From the NCBI GenBank assembly GCA_964016885.1, contig OZ024758.1:24924001-24988000 (forward strand): a stretch of DNA of 64,000 bases, written 5' to 3'. This document shows, in pieces, positions 1-11,355 of this stretch (position 1 is its first letter; each line of letters opens with the position of its first letter). The notes beneath the pieces are model-generated. The model was not told the origin of the DNA. It did not search any database and worked only from the letters and a program-made list of their open reading frames with translations. The DNA comes from Eledone cirrhosa (Eukaryota). A program made the translations under genes and the position numbers.

Positions 1-303
1 CAACTGATGCGGCCGGATCCCCAAACGAGACCAGTCAAGCTCATGGATGTTATCCGACCAATGTGCTCGGGGCCTACCTCGGGGTCTACTCCTGGATCTC
101 CTGACTGTTGGTTTCTGCCCTTCCTTCTCAAAAATGAAAGAGAGAAAGACAGAAAGAAAGCTCAATAATTACGACTAGAAGAACTCCATTCTTGTAAGGT
201 CTGTTGAGAGATAACCTGGGATTAGACAACCACATTTAGCCTGGTCACGTAGAGATCAACTATTTAAGTACATTGTATGAAAGCATGGGGGTCAATATAT
301 ATA

Positions 304-1410
<1,107 letters not shown>

Positions 1411-1781
1411 AAGTACACGAAGTCTTTATTTAGTAAAATATATCAACAATAAGAAAAACAATTTACAATATTACAGCAAAGCTATCAGTTTTAGTTTATT
1501 TTGCTGCGAGTATTTGTGTTTAGGTGTGACTGAGTTGTGAGAAAAGTCTGTAAAAACTGACAGGATTTTTAAAATGTGAACAAATATAAAAAGAAACAAT
1601 AAGACACACATATGTGATACGTTTTGCAGAATACAGCCGATTTCTGAACTTGCTCTAACTATTTCGATAATATCTAACTAATAGTTTATTGTTGTAAAGT
1701 CTTGTAGTTTGATGTATTGTCGAATAAGAAATACAAATTTAAATAAGTTTAGATATTTGGAAGCCCGACAATGCGTGCAAG

Positions 1782-1980
1782 ATTAAAAAATGCCAAGGTA
1801 AAAGAAGTTTTAGAGAATGAAAGGACTGAGAAAAAGTGAAAACGGTAGAATATTACCGTAGCAATTTTATTGAGCTCAAATGTTTTCGGGTTTTAAATTA
1901 CTAAGGTAAAATTCTACCGTTCTCTCTTTTTTCTCAGTTCTTTTATTCTTTATACATCCTATTACCTTGACACTTTTAAT
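1782..1980. mobile_element. Degenerate foldback/MITE-like inverted repeat
   Basis: aaggtaaaagaag...ctgagaaaaag...aacggtagaat is mirrored by attctaccgtt...tttttctcag...attacctt. Confidence 0.45.
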
Positions 1981-1997
1981 AGTTTATTGTTGATACA

Positions 1998-2318
1998 GCA
2001 CTCAGTGCTCCCGTGGGAGCCCCTGCATGGACACACTAGAAGAGGAAGACCGAGGTTGACATATGTTGATCCCCTAGGGACAGACACTGGTCTCTTGGAG
2101 ACGCAAGACATGGCAGCGATGATGAGGGACAGAGACCGCTGGAGAGAACTCGTCCATGGATCTCGGGAATTTTACCCGCCCAAGAGAGAGAGAGAGAGAA
2201 AGAGAAAGAGCGAGAGAGAAAGAGCGAGAGAGAAAGAGCGAGAGAGAAAGAGCGAGAGAGAAAGAGCGAGAGAGAACGAGCGAGAGAGAAAGAGCGAGAG
2301 AGCGAGAGAGAGAGAGCA
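1998..2318 (+). mobile_element. 3' fragment of the RTE LINE family seen at 54091-56669, followed by a (GA)-rich tail
   Basis: Near-identical to 56471-56654; encodes HSVLPWEPLHGHTRRGRPRLTYVD...GSREFYPP. A GA/GAGC array follows at about 2183-2318. Confidence 0.93.
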
Positions 2319-2504
2319 GGCTATTAACACTGCTTTTCTATAAACTGTAGAAATTGGAGTAGGTATATTTGTGAAAGACTGCTCAATCATCAGACGACAT
2401 GTGAGAACGTTCTCTGGAGGGCAGGATCCCTGGGGCATACCGCTTCCTGGTCCCAGGAGACGGGCAGGATGGTGAAACTATGTTATGTTATTGTTACCTC
2501 ACCT

Positions 2505-2543
<39 letters not shown>

Positions 2544-3272
2544 ACATATTCTCTCGGATCTCGAATAATCGCTCGCTCTCCCATCCCCTCCTCGCTTATT
2601 ATTTTTCGAATTTTTTCCACCCCTTCCCCCCTTTTATTCCACCACCCACGCTTATTAATTTTTTCAGATTTTTTTTACAACCCCTCCCCGCTCTTATTCC
2701 AACCCCCATACCCACTCCCCGCCAATCTATTTTTGGCGAAATTTTATTTTAAGTAGTAGCATTCCTGCGACAGTTAATTTTCGTCATACATTAAAAAACA
2801 TTATACATGACAAAACAAAAAAAAAAGAACATTACTAGAAATCCCATACGTTATAAAATAAATAGGATGGGTTGGGGTGTCAATATGTAACGATGTCTTC
2901 AGAACTATTACTAAAAAATGTTGAATTGTTTCCAGTAGATCAAAACTGCATTCATTTTTAACAGACATAACATCAAACGGATTAGGGGCTGATTCTATAT
3001 GACTTTTACAGTGATGAGTTCCTCGTGCTGGTTTAACTTGAAGAGGAGATGGGGTCTACTACATATTTTACCTTACCCTACGAAATATGATATAGAATAT
3101 ATTAGAAAAGTTTAGGTTGTTAAATTGGTATGGAAGTCTTCAGTTAGAAGGTATATTTCATAATCACGACATTTGCTCCAAGATTTCTAATAGATTGTAT
3201 ACCCCTTCTAAAATATGTTGAGTTAATTGATAATTAAATAAGTAGCTTCAATGTAAAGTGATACTTCAGTCA

Positions 3273-3305
<33 letters not shown>

Positions 3306-3667
3306 AAAGAGAAACAAGTCTAATTGCTACCTATGTCACTTTACGTTGAAGTTTGGTCGATTTGTTCATAAGTATACAGTGAACCCCGGCATAGGCGACC
3401 ACAGCATTCGCGAAAATTTCCTTATAATCTAATAATTGTTCGTGGGAATCACCGTATATTCGCGGAATTGTAAATATCTTCCGCAATTTTTTTTTTATAG
3501 CTTTTTTTCGTGGCAATACTCTTTTACTCTTTTACCTGTTCCATCCATCCGGCTGTGGCCATGCTGGGGCACCGCCCTTGATATATATATATATATATCA
3601 TAGCATTTTGGGAAGGTCCGTCGAGCCGCGGATTATTGAGTCGGGTAGGATCGATATAGATCGAACC

Positions 3668-3851
3668 TTGAGCTGATCAGTGGCGAAACGCGCGTCACCT
3701 ATCAATAAATGCAATGAAGGAATAATCAATCGTCCTTTTTATCCTTTCTATATATTACACTCTGTATAGCTCTACACATCATCACAGAAGTGAACCTAAT
3801 CATCGAGTGCTCACCCGGGTGAACCTGCAGTAACTCCTAGTTACACACCCT

Positions 3852-3853
<2 letters not shown>
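3668..3853 (+). mobile_element. (TA)n-flanked Penelope-like pLTR fragment with a degenerate hammerhead motif
   Basis: CTGATCA-gtggc-GAAAC-gcgc-GTC with palindromic stem III and a core G8 change, then AATAAA, GAGTGC at 3805 and (TA)n. Confidence 0.55.
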
Positions 3854-3892
<39 letters not shown>

Positions 3893-3915
3893 CGCTTTCT
3901 AACGCTAAATTATTA

Positions 3916-4088
3916 ATTATTTCTACTTTTGGCACAAGGCCAGCAATTATTCCAGTGCATTACTGGTACTTTATTTTATCGACCCCGTAAGGATGAAAGG
4001 CAAAGTTAACCTCGGTGGGATTTGAACTCAGACCTTAAAGGGCCGTAACTCTTTGCTGCAAAGCATGGCGTCAGACCCTCTACCGATA
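3916..4088 (-). mobile_element. tRNA-derived SINE, family A
   Basis: Reverse complement of B-box GAGTTCAAATCCC and of the core gcctttcatccttacggggtcgataaaataaagtaccag; about 20 copies in the window. Confidence 0.9.
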
Positions 4089-4391
4089 TAACAATATACT
4101 GTATTTGTCGGCCTATATTTTATGTTATGTTTTGACGTTTATAGGCGTTTTTATGTACCATGTCCAATATTCGCGGGTGCTCTAGCGACATATACCGGGG
4201 GACAACTATATATTATTTCTAGAACTGCTATATAAGACAATCTCTAAAAGAGTTCTATAATAGAAGACATTGAATTAAATTACACTTTCCCTTCTATAAT
4301 TTATGTTATTGTCTAATTTACTGAAATAATCTATTTTTCTTAGATAAACTGAGAATATACATTAATTTTTGTCTTCATATAATATTATTAA

Positions 4392-4588
4392 CCCTTTAAT
4401 GTTCAAACCGGCCAGAATTCTCTACCTTTTTCTGTTGAAACTGTCTGTAACTGGTCACTCATACTGATGTTAAGGTATTGTTCTCAAAATAAATACTTTC
4501 AAAATCTCATAGATTCGATATTATGTGAGGTAAAGCCTTTACCACGAAAATATAATAGTATATATAGAGTAATGTGAATGCCAAAGGG
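4392..4588. mobile_element. piggyBac-like MITE
   Basis: TTAA|CCCTTT...AAAGGG|TTAA; same family as 59159-59404 and 38705-39716. Confidence 0.8.
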
Positions 4589-4815
4589 TTAATCTAAGCT
4601 TTTATATTTTATTTATAATCTATTCTATGTCTAGTGTCATTGCTGAGTTGTGATGACATCTTTGATGACTATCTTCAGGTGTAATATATAGAACAGGTGA
4701 GCATGTTGGTAATCACCTCTCTAAACTATAAATATAACGCACTTTATTTTACAGTGTAAAACTCTGTTGCACCTTACATTGGCGAGTTTTCTCTAACTTC
4801 ATATATATAAGTTTA

Positions 4816-4945
4816 TCCCGGGTTCAATCGGGGGTAACCACAGTAACTAAAGTACCCAAGGGATAGCAAAGTATAAATATTTAACAAAGCCCTGATGATT
4901 TCCTCCGAATGAAACAGTTCTAGTCCTGTAGAAGTCATTTCTATA
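4816..4945. mobile_element. (TA)n-flanked hammerhead element, family H1 (3' end on - strand, hammerhead core on + strand at 4892-4936)
   Basis: CTGATGA-tttcctccgaat-GAAACAG-ttctagtc-CTGTA; the terminus is shared with 5561-5607, 9118-9173 and 20421-20482. Confidence 0.75.
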
Positions 4946-5191
4946 CATATATGTACGTACGTACGTGCGTGCGTGCGTGTATATATATGTGTGTATATAT
5001 ATATATGTGTATGTATATATATATGTGTGTGTATACATGTGTGTATATATGTGCGTGTATATATGTGCGTGTATATATGTGCGTGTATATATGTGCGTGT
5101 ATATATGTGCGTGTATATATGTGCGTGTATATATGTGCGTGTATATATGTGCGTGTATATATGTGCGTGTATATATGTGTGTGTGTGTATA

Positions 5192-5230
<39 letters not shown>
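4945..5230. repeat. (TATATATGTGCGTG)n and (TA)n microsatellite
   Basis: Direct reading; 14-bp period in the centre. Confidence 0.95.
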
Positions 5231-5232
<2 letters not shown>

Positions 5233-5320
5233 CACTTTTCAGAGATAGACAGATCTGTGGTGAAAGATCCTGCTAGATCAATCTTCAAAGATTTAGAATA
5301 TATATATCTTTTGTCGCATC

Positions 5321-5412
5321 ACCAGTCTGAGGAGCAGATTTATACTGGAGTCGGGTCCATAACTCCTATGGGTCACATTGAGCCAATCCTCTGCGAAACG
5401 CGCGTAACAGGT
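5321..5412 (+). ncRNA. Type I hammerhead ribozyme motif with extended stem II
   Basis: Stem I accagt/acaggt; core CTGAGGA at 5327; stem II gcaga/tctgc closing an insert of about 50 nt; GAAAC-gcgc-GTA; AATAAA at 5421. Confidence 0.75.
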
Positions 5413-5476
5413 AGATACGCAATAAATATTGTTCATATGTAAACGAAACTTCCTCGTTTTTTTTCTTCTTTATCAG

Positions 5477-5607
5477 GGTTTCCTGATGATTTCTCCCGAA
5501 TGAAACAGTTCTAGTGCCTTAGAAGCCATTTCTATAATAAATATTTATACTCTGCTATGTATTGAGTACTTTACTTACTGTGATTACCCCCGATTGAACT
5601 CGGGATA
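5477..5607 (+). mobile_element. Hammerhead element, family H1 (hammerhead 5477-5527 plus 3' terminus)
   Basis: Stem I ggtttc/gaagcc, CTGATGA, ttc-tccc-gaa, GAAAC; stem III damaged; AATAAA; TGAGTACT; then (TA)n. Confidence 0.7.
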
Positions 5608-5636
5608 CACATATATATACATATATATATATACAT

Positions 5637-5821
5637 TAGAATTGGTGCTCTGAAATAGCGATATATATTTGAATCTATATATAGGGTATTAGGCAATACA
5701 CTGTATGCTTAATTAAAAGCATTTTGAAGACCACGCGCTATTGTTTTAAAATAGTGACAATGTCACTCAGTTAAATCTTCAGCAAACAGGGGAGATAAAC
5801 TGAGAGAGCTCTGTTTCGTAC

Positions 5822-5869
<48 letters not shown>

Positions 5870-6173
5870 CTATTTCAGAGAACCAATTCTAATTTTCAAT
5901 TTCTGCTGGACCGGCGACCACTCTGTATAATCAGTTCCTGATTATTACTGGAATTCTATAAGAATCCAACACACATAATTTTCAGCAAACAGGAGGGGTA
6001 GTGAACTTTTGATAAGTACCAAAATGTACGAAACAGAGCTCTGTCAGTTTATCTCCCCTGTTTGCTGAAGATTTAAATGAGTGACATTGTCACTATTTTA
6101 AAACAATAGCGTATGGTCTTCAAAACGCTTTTAATTAAGCATACAGTGTATTGCAAAATACCCTATATATACA

Positions 6174-6177
<4 letters not shown>
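5637..6177. mobile_element. (TA)n-embedded element with rearranged inverted duplications
   Basis: 5671-5821 is the reverse complement of 6026-6176, and 5637-5667 is the reverse complement of about 5863-5892. Confidence 0.75.
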
Positions 6178-6216
<39 letters not shown>

Positions 6217-6218
<2 letters not shown>

Positions 6219-6410
6219 CGAAAGAAATGTGGTAAGGAACCAGGTGGACCATAACGCACCAAAGTACTCAATTACTTAGGGTAGTAGAGTGGGTAATAGG
6301 AACGAGTAGGACCCCGACGGCTGAGCTCAAGCCGTTTCGACGGCTAATTCTGGACATCCAGAATTAGCCGTCGAAACGGCTTGAACTCAGCCGTCGGGGT
6401 CCTACTCGTT

Positions 6411-6415
<5 letters not shown>
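6217..6415 (-). mobile_element. (TA)n-flanked foldback element, family H2
   Basis: Inverted arms of about 59 bp (6296-6354 and 6357-6415); contains GAAAC-ggct...agcc-GTC, a hammerhead 3' half. Other copies at 9643-9806, 22460-22587 and 44111-44296. Confidence 0.8.
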
Positions 6416-6456
<41 letters not shown>

Positions 6457-6528
6457 AATTTTTCATTCGCACCGTTTCCTTTCGCTATGTCTCTCCACCA
6501 CTCCCCTACACACCTTTTGAACTCTCAC

Positions 6529-6556
6529 CTGAAGAAGGGCTTATGCCCGAAACGTC
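6529..6556 (+). ncRNA. Minimal hammerhead motif of Penelope pLTR type
   Basis: CTGAAGA-a-gggc-ttat-gccc-GAAAC-GTC with ACGT palindromic stem III; stem I is weak. Second copy on - strand at 9921-9948. Confidence 0.7.
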
Positions 6557-7066
6557 GTCCTCCACCTACCCCCCCCCCCCCCCACTCTCCTGAGCGTGAA
6601 TTTAATAAACATTTGTCGTACTGCCTCTCTGTTCTGTCCCTGTTCAATTTTTCATTATATATATATATATATATACCTAACTATAGCTAGGCTGGGTTCC
6701 TTCGAAATTAAGATTTGGGGACACATACAAAACAGCAGTGGCAATACAAACTGTCAAGTACTTGACTGGTTTAGTGGTACCTACTTAACGCGACCATCAA
6801 TATTCTAAGTCTTTGAAGATTGATCAGGCAAGAGCTGTCACCACAGATGTGTATCTTTAAAAGTTGCGAAGGAATTAGAAATATTTCTGTATCATTGGCC
6901 CATCAAAAAAGAACTTACATGAAGATGGCAAATACCGATCCGCGCGTGCGTGCAGGTGAGTGTGGTGGCGGCAGCGGTGTGTGTGGTGTGTGCGTGTTTT
7001 CAAGAAATGTCAAGATAAACGTAGAGATGTAAAAACACAAAGTCTTATTAATATCACGCTTAGGAG

Positions 7067-7139
<73 letters not shown>

Positions 7140-7141
<2 letters not shown>

Positions 7142-7603
7142 AAAGTTATATTTAAATTGTTGGGTTAACAACGAGTAAATATTTATAACTGATATAAAAG
7201 CACTCAACAAGTATTTGGAGTATATTTATGATATTAAATAAATGGAAACTATATTTATAAAACCATATTTATTTCGTTATATATATTTCAGGGATATCAT
7301 ATTAACAATATGTTATGCCTTCTTCAGACAAAATACAATATAAACAGTTTTATAGATAAATAGATACGACATACCTTTCAATCACCTTGCATTTGGGAGG
7401 TTGATTTGGCAGATTGATTACTGCCAAATCAACCTCCCAAATGCAAGGTGATTGAAAGGTATGTCGTATCTATTTATTTATAAGACTGTTTATATTGTAT
7501 TTTGTCTGAAGAAGGCATAACATATTGTTAATATGATATCCCTGAAATATATATAACGAAATAAATATGGTTTTATAAATATAGTTTCCATTTATTTAAT
7601 ATC

Positions 7604-7605
<2 letters not shown>
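7140..7605 (-). mobile_element. Foldback hammerhead element, family H3, with arms of about 185 bp
   Basis: 7228-7412 and 7421-7605 are inverted copies around an 8-nt spacer; flanked by (TA)n; hammerhead motif on both strands. Confidence 0.85.
7498..7563 (+). ncRNA. Type I hammerhead ribozyme motif (mirror copy on - strand at 7270-7335)
   Basis: Stem I tattttgt/acgaaata (8 bp); CTGAAGA at 7506; stem II closed by agg/cct; GAAAT-atat-ATA. Confidence 0.78.
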
Positions 7606-7634
<29 letters not shown>

Positions 7635-8005
7635 CATGGGGAGAGGAATACTGCATGGTTGCACATGGATTACATATTATAAAATTAGTCCCTCAGTGAT
7701 TTGCCAACCATCATTGGTATTTCATCGCATTAAAAATCATATACCTCAGGTTGGTGCGAGCAATAACTAAAATAAGCTATTGGGACAAGTGAATCGCGTA
7801 AAGCGAGTGAGACAAGTAAACAACATAAAAGGAAAAGCAAACCGAAGGTAGGAAAAAAGCAAGCAACATGATGGTTATCCGATCAGCATAATCTGGGTGA
7901 ATTTCATGAGCGGTCAGAAAACAGACCGTCCGACGTGAATGAGATGTGAGAAAGAAAGAATCCCACTACTAACGAACGGGATATATATATATATATATAT
8001 ATAAA

Positions 8006-8483
8006 TGATATTAAATAAATGGAAACTATATTTATAAAACCATATTTATTTTATTATATATATTTCAAGGGTAGCAACATTTTGGTACGCCCTCATCAGA
8101 TAAAATACAAAATTTGTTTTATAAATGGTGACATATCCAAGAAACCAGACCTTATCGGTTCAGGTTCAGTTTGGATATCTATCCAAACTGATATCTATCC
8201 AAACTGATATCTATCCAAACTGATAGATATCCAAACTGAACCGATAAGGTCTGGTTTCTTGGATATGTCACCATTTATAAAACAAATTTTGTATTTTATC
8301 TGATGAGGGCGTGCCAAAATTTTGGTACCCTTGAAATACATATAATAAAATAAATATGGTTTTTATAAATATAGTTTCCATTTATTTGATATTATGATAT
8401 TATACTCCAGAAAACTTGTAGAGTGATTCGAATCTGTTATAAATAAATTTGTTGAATAACCAACAAATTAAATATCTCTTATG

Positions 8484-8485
<2 letters not shown>
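8006..8485 (+). mobile_element. Foldback hammerhead element, family H3 variant
   Basis: Same termini as the 7228 element with a different interior; about 8006-8200 is inverted against 8220-8394. A degenerate half copy lies at about 10039-10200. Confidence 0.82.
8292..8352 (+). ncRNA. Type I hammerhead ribozyme motif (mirror copy on - strand at 8047-8107)
   Basis: Stem I tattttat/ataaaata; CTGATGA at 8300; stem II includes gtgccaa/ttggtac; GAAAT-acat-ATA. Confidence 0.78.
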
Positions 8486-8523
<38 letters not shown>

Positions 8524-8526
<3 letters not shown>

Positions 8527-8963
8527 AAAACACACACGCACATAGAACAAACAACCAACCAGTAACATGTAAATAAACAAATAAATAAACAAATATAAAC
8601 ACACATAGACACCCGGATGTAACATGCTCAAATTAAGCACACAACACACACAAAAACAAGATGGCGTAAGACAGAACAAAGGAGCGGCACAAAAACAAAG
8701 AAAAGAATCCCCAGTCACTGAAGAGGTCACAGAATGTGTGACGAAAGAACTTTGACAATATATGAACAATCGTCTGGTTGTGGAACCAACCAACCGGAAA
8801 TTTATAAATTCACAAATTTATAAATTTAATTTATAATAAATTGAAGTGAAAGCAACTGGTGCGTGTGTTTCTTATTGACAACATGACCCTCCCAAAGTAT
8901 AACAATATCGGTTTCAACACACCTTTTCAGATAAAGAATCTTGCTAAACAAATTCAGAAACGA
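8524..8963 (+). mobile_element. (TA)n-flanked hammerhead element, family H4
   Basis: Same family as 21925-22422; contains the hammerhead at 8714-8756. Confidence 0.8.
8714..8756 (+). ncRNA. Compact type I hammerhead ribozyme motif
   Basis: gtca-CTGAAGA-g-gtcaca-gaatg-tgtgac-GAAAG-aa-CTT-tgac: stem I gtca/tgac and a 6-bp stem II. Confidence 0.72.
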
Positions 8964-8983
8964 AATATATATATATATATATA

Positions 8984-9173
8984 GTTTTAATATAGATGAG
9001 ATTCTACAGGACTAGAACTGTTTCATTCTTTAGAAATCATCAGGAATCTTTCTAAAGAATTAAACAGTTCTAGTCCTGTAGAATCTCATCTATATTAAAA
9101 CGTTTATTCTCTGCATCGTATTGAATACCTTACTTACTGTGGTTACCTCCGACTCAACCCGGAATAACGTACC
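8984..9173. mobile_element. Foldback hammerhead element, family H1
   Basis: Inverted arms at about 8984-9023 and 9062-9101; H1 3' terminus at 9118-9173; (TA)n flanks. Confidence 0.8.
8999..9049 (-). ncRNA. Complete type I hammerhead ribozyme motif
   Basis: The - strand reads agattc-CTGATGA-tttctaaagaat-GAAACAG-ttctagtc-CTGTA-gaatct: 6-bp stem I, stem III ACAG/CTGT, GUA triplet. Confidence 0.82.
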
Positions 9174-9200
9174 TATATATAATATATATATATATATATC

Positions 9201-9368
9201 CCGTATTTCCCGGCCCCGAAGACGCTTCGTCCTCGAGGCCGCACCCTAATTTTGACAACCAAAAATTTGAAAAAAAGTAATAAACAATCTTCGGCCTCCA
9301 GGATCCATGGTAGAGTTTTGAGACTTATTTTATGAAAAAAGTAGCGCCCGCAGCGCCGGGAAATACGG
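9201..9368. mobile_element. pogo/Tigger-like MITE
   Basis: TIRs CCGTATTTCCCGG / CCGGGAAATACGG in a TA context. Confidence 0.75.
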
Positions 9369-9464
9369 TCTATATATAGTTCGAAATAACAGAAAACCAA
9401 AAACAAAGGAACGCAAGAGTAAATGTTGTATGGTATTAATAGTGTCACGCTTGGTGAGAGTGGC

Positions 9465-9580
9465 GTGTGTGTGTGTGTGTGTGTGGTGTGGTGTGGTGTG
9501 GTGTGGTGTGGTGTGGTGTGGTGTGGTGTGGTGTGGTGTGGTGTGGTGTGGTGTGGTGTGGTGTGGTGTGGTGTGGTGTG

Positions 9581-9642
<62 letters not shown>
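9465..9642. repeat. (TG)n-(GTGTG)n-(TA)n microsatellite
   Basis: Direct reading. Confidence 0.95.
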
Positions 9643-9645
<3 letters not shown>

Positions 9646-9806
9646 AACAAGTAGGACCCCGACGGCTGAGCTCAAGCCGTTTCGACGGCTAATTCTGGAC
9701 TCTGTCGTCGGGGTCCTACTTGTTCCTATTACCCACTCTACTACCATAAGTATTGAGTACTTTGGTGCGTTATGGCCCATCTGGTTCCTTACCACATTTC
9801 CTTCGT
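9643..9806 (+). mobile_element. Family H2 element, rearranged foldback
   Basis: Matches 6217-6415 in opposite orientation; TATTGAGTACT at 9751. Confidence 0.8.
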
Positions 9807-9920
9807 TATATGTATATATATAGCAAAGAACAAAACAAAAACAAGGAGTGCAGTACGAACAGTGTTGGTGTTGGTGTTGGTGTTGGTGTGTGGGTGTGGG
9901 TGTGTGTGTGTGTGTGGAGG

Positions 9921-9948
9921 GACGTTTCGGGCATAAGCCCTTCATCAG
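9921..9948 (-). ncRNA. Minimal hammerhead motif
   Basis: The - strand reads CTGATGA-a-gggcttatgccc-GAAACGTC. Confidence 0.65.
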
Positions 9949-10213
9949 GAGACAGGTGGGAAGGAAAAGAGTTCCGAGGGGGGTGTGAGGGGGAGTTGTG
10001 GAAAGACAATTAAAAAGAAGGAATATATATATATATCAATGATATTAATAAATGGAAACTTTTTATGAAACCATATTTATTCTATTATATATATTTCAGG
10101 GGTACCAAAAGTTTGTTTGGTACGCTATTAGATAAAATACAGAGCTTGTTTTATAAATATTGACATATCCAAGAATGAGACCTTAACGGTTTAAGTTAAT
10201 ATATATATAAAAT

Positions 10214-10244
<31 letters not shown>

Positions 10245-10467
10245 TATAAACAAGTGTAATATCGCTGGACAATTTTTACCAGATATTCTTCAATTAGATC
10301 GATGAACTTTTAGGTTCCTGTTCTCCATTATTTGAGTGTGTAATCTGTTATATGACACAATTGTTCTTTGTATAGGGTAAGATCTGTTGGAGATTAATAC
10401 TTTCTGTTGAGGGATTAATACTTTCTGTTGAGGGATTAATACTTTCTGTTGAGGGATTAATATTTAG

Positions 10468-10652
10468 GTGGATTGGCAGTATCAGTAGAGGGTCGGACGC
10501 TATGCTTTGATGCATAGAGTTACGGTCCTTGCCAATCTGAGTTCAAATCCCGCCGAGGTTAACTTTGCCTTTCATCCTTAAGGGGGTCGATAAAATAAAG
10601 TACCAGTAATGCACTGGGATTATTGCTGGTCTTGTACCAAAAGTAGAAACAT
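10468..10652 (+). mobile_element. tRNA-derived SINE, family A
   Basis: A-box-like tggcagtatcagtaga, B-box gagttcaaatccc and the conserved core. Confidence 0.9.
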
Positions 10653-10869
10653 ATTTAACTTTGAGATGTAGTTTTCTTGCAAACATTTCACTGCTCTTAG
10701 GTGAAATCTATTTCCACCACCACTCATCGTTTTCACTAAACCTTTACAATACAGACTACTAAATACAGACTACTAATTAGTGACTTATTCCATTAAGTAT
10801 ATCTTCTGAGACTCACTGAACTCCTTCAAACACCAACAGCTGTTCTATCTTTCTATATTCCGAATAACT

Positions 10870-11355
10870 ATCTTACCTCTCTCATTCTCCCATTATCTTT
10901 CTCTCTCAACCTCTCTCATCCCCCCCCTCTCACCCTCTTTCTCTCTCATCTCATTCTCCCCCCCCCACCCAATCACTCTTTCTCTCTCATCTCTCATTTT
11001 CTCCCTCCCTCTCACTCATTCTCCTCCTCACCTCATCTCTCTCACCTTTCTCACTCACTCAGTCCCCTCTCATCCTCTCCCTCCCCCATTCATTCTCTCC
11101 CTCCCTCATTCTCCTCCTCACCTCTCATTCTCCTCGTCTCTCTCACCTTTCTCACTCACTCAGTCAGTCAGTCCCTCTCATTCTCATCCTCCCTCTTTCA
11201 TTCTCTCATCTCTCCCTCCCCTCTCTCACTCTCACCTTTCTCACTCACTCACTCTCTCTCTCATTCTCTCATCTTTCATTCTCTCCATCTTTCTCTCACG
11301 TTATTCTAGATGGCTTCACTCTACATAACTCTCCCTCCCTCCCTCCCTCTCTCGC
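10870..11355. repeat. CT-rich low-complexity tract
   Basis: Degenerate (CT)/(CTCA) repeats. Confidence 0.85.

Noticed and set aside
1-40. ctgatgc...gagac...gtc, hammerhead-like
   Set aside because: Both core boxes are mismatched, there is no clear stem II, and it is cut by the window edge.
6060-6115. CTGAAGA...hairpin...AAAAC possible hammerhead
   Set aside because: Lacks GAAA, and stems I and III do not pair; at most a decayed motif.
10468-10652. tRNA gene
   Set aside because: The A/B boxes belong to a high-copy SINE head, with no cloverleaf or terminator; the same applies to all copies.
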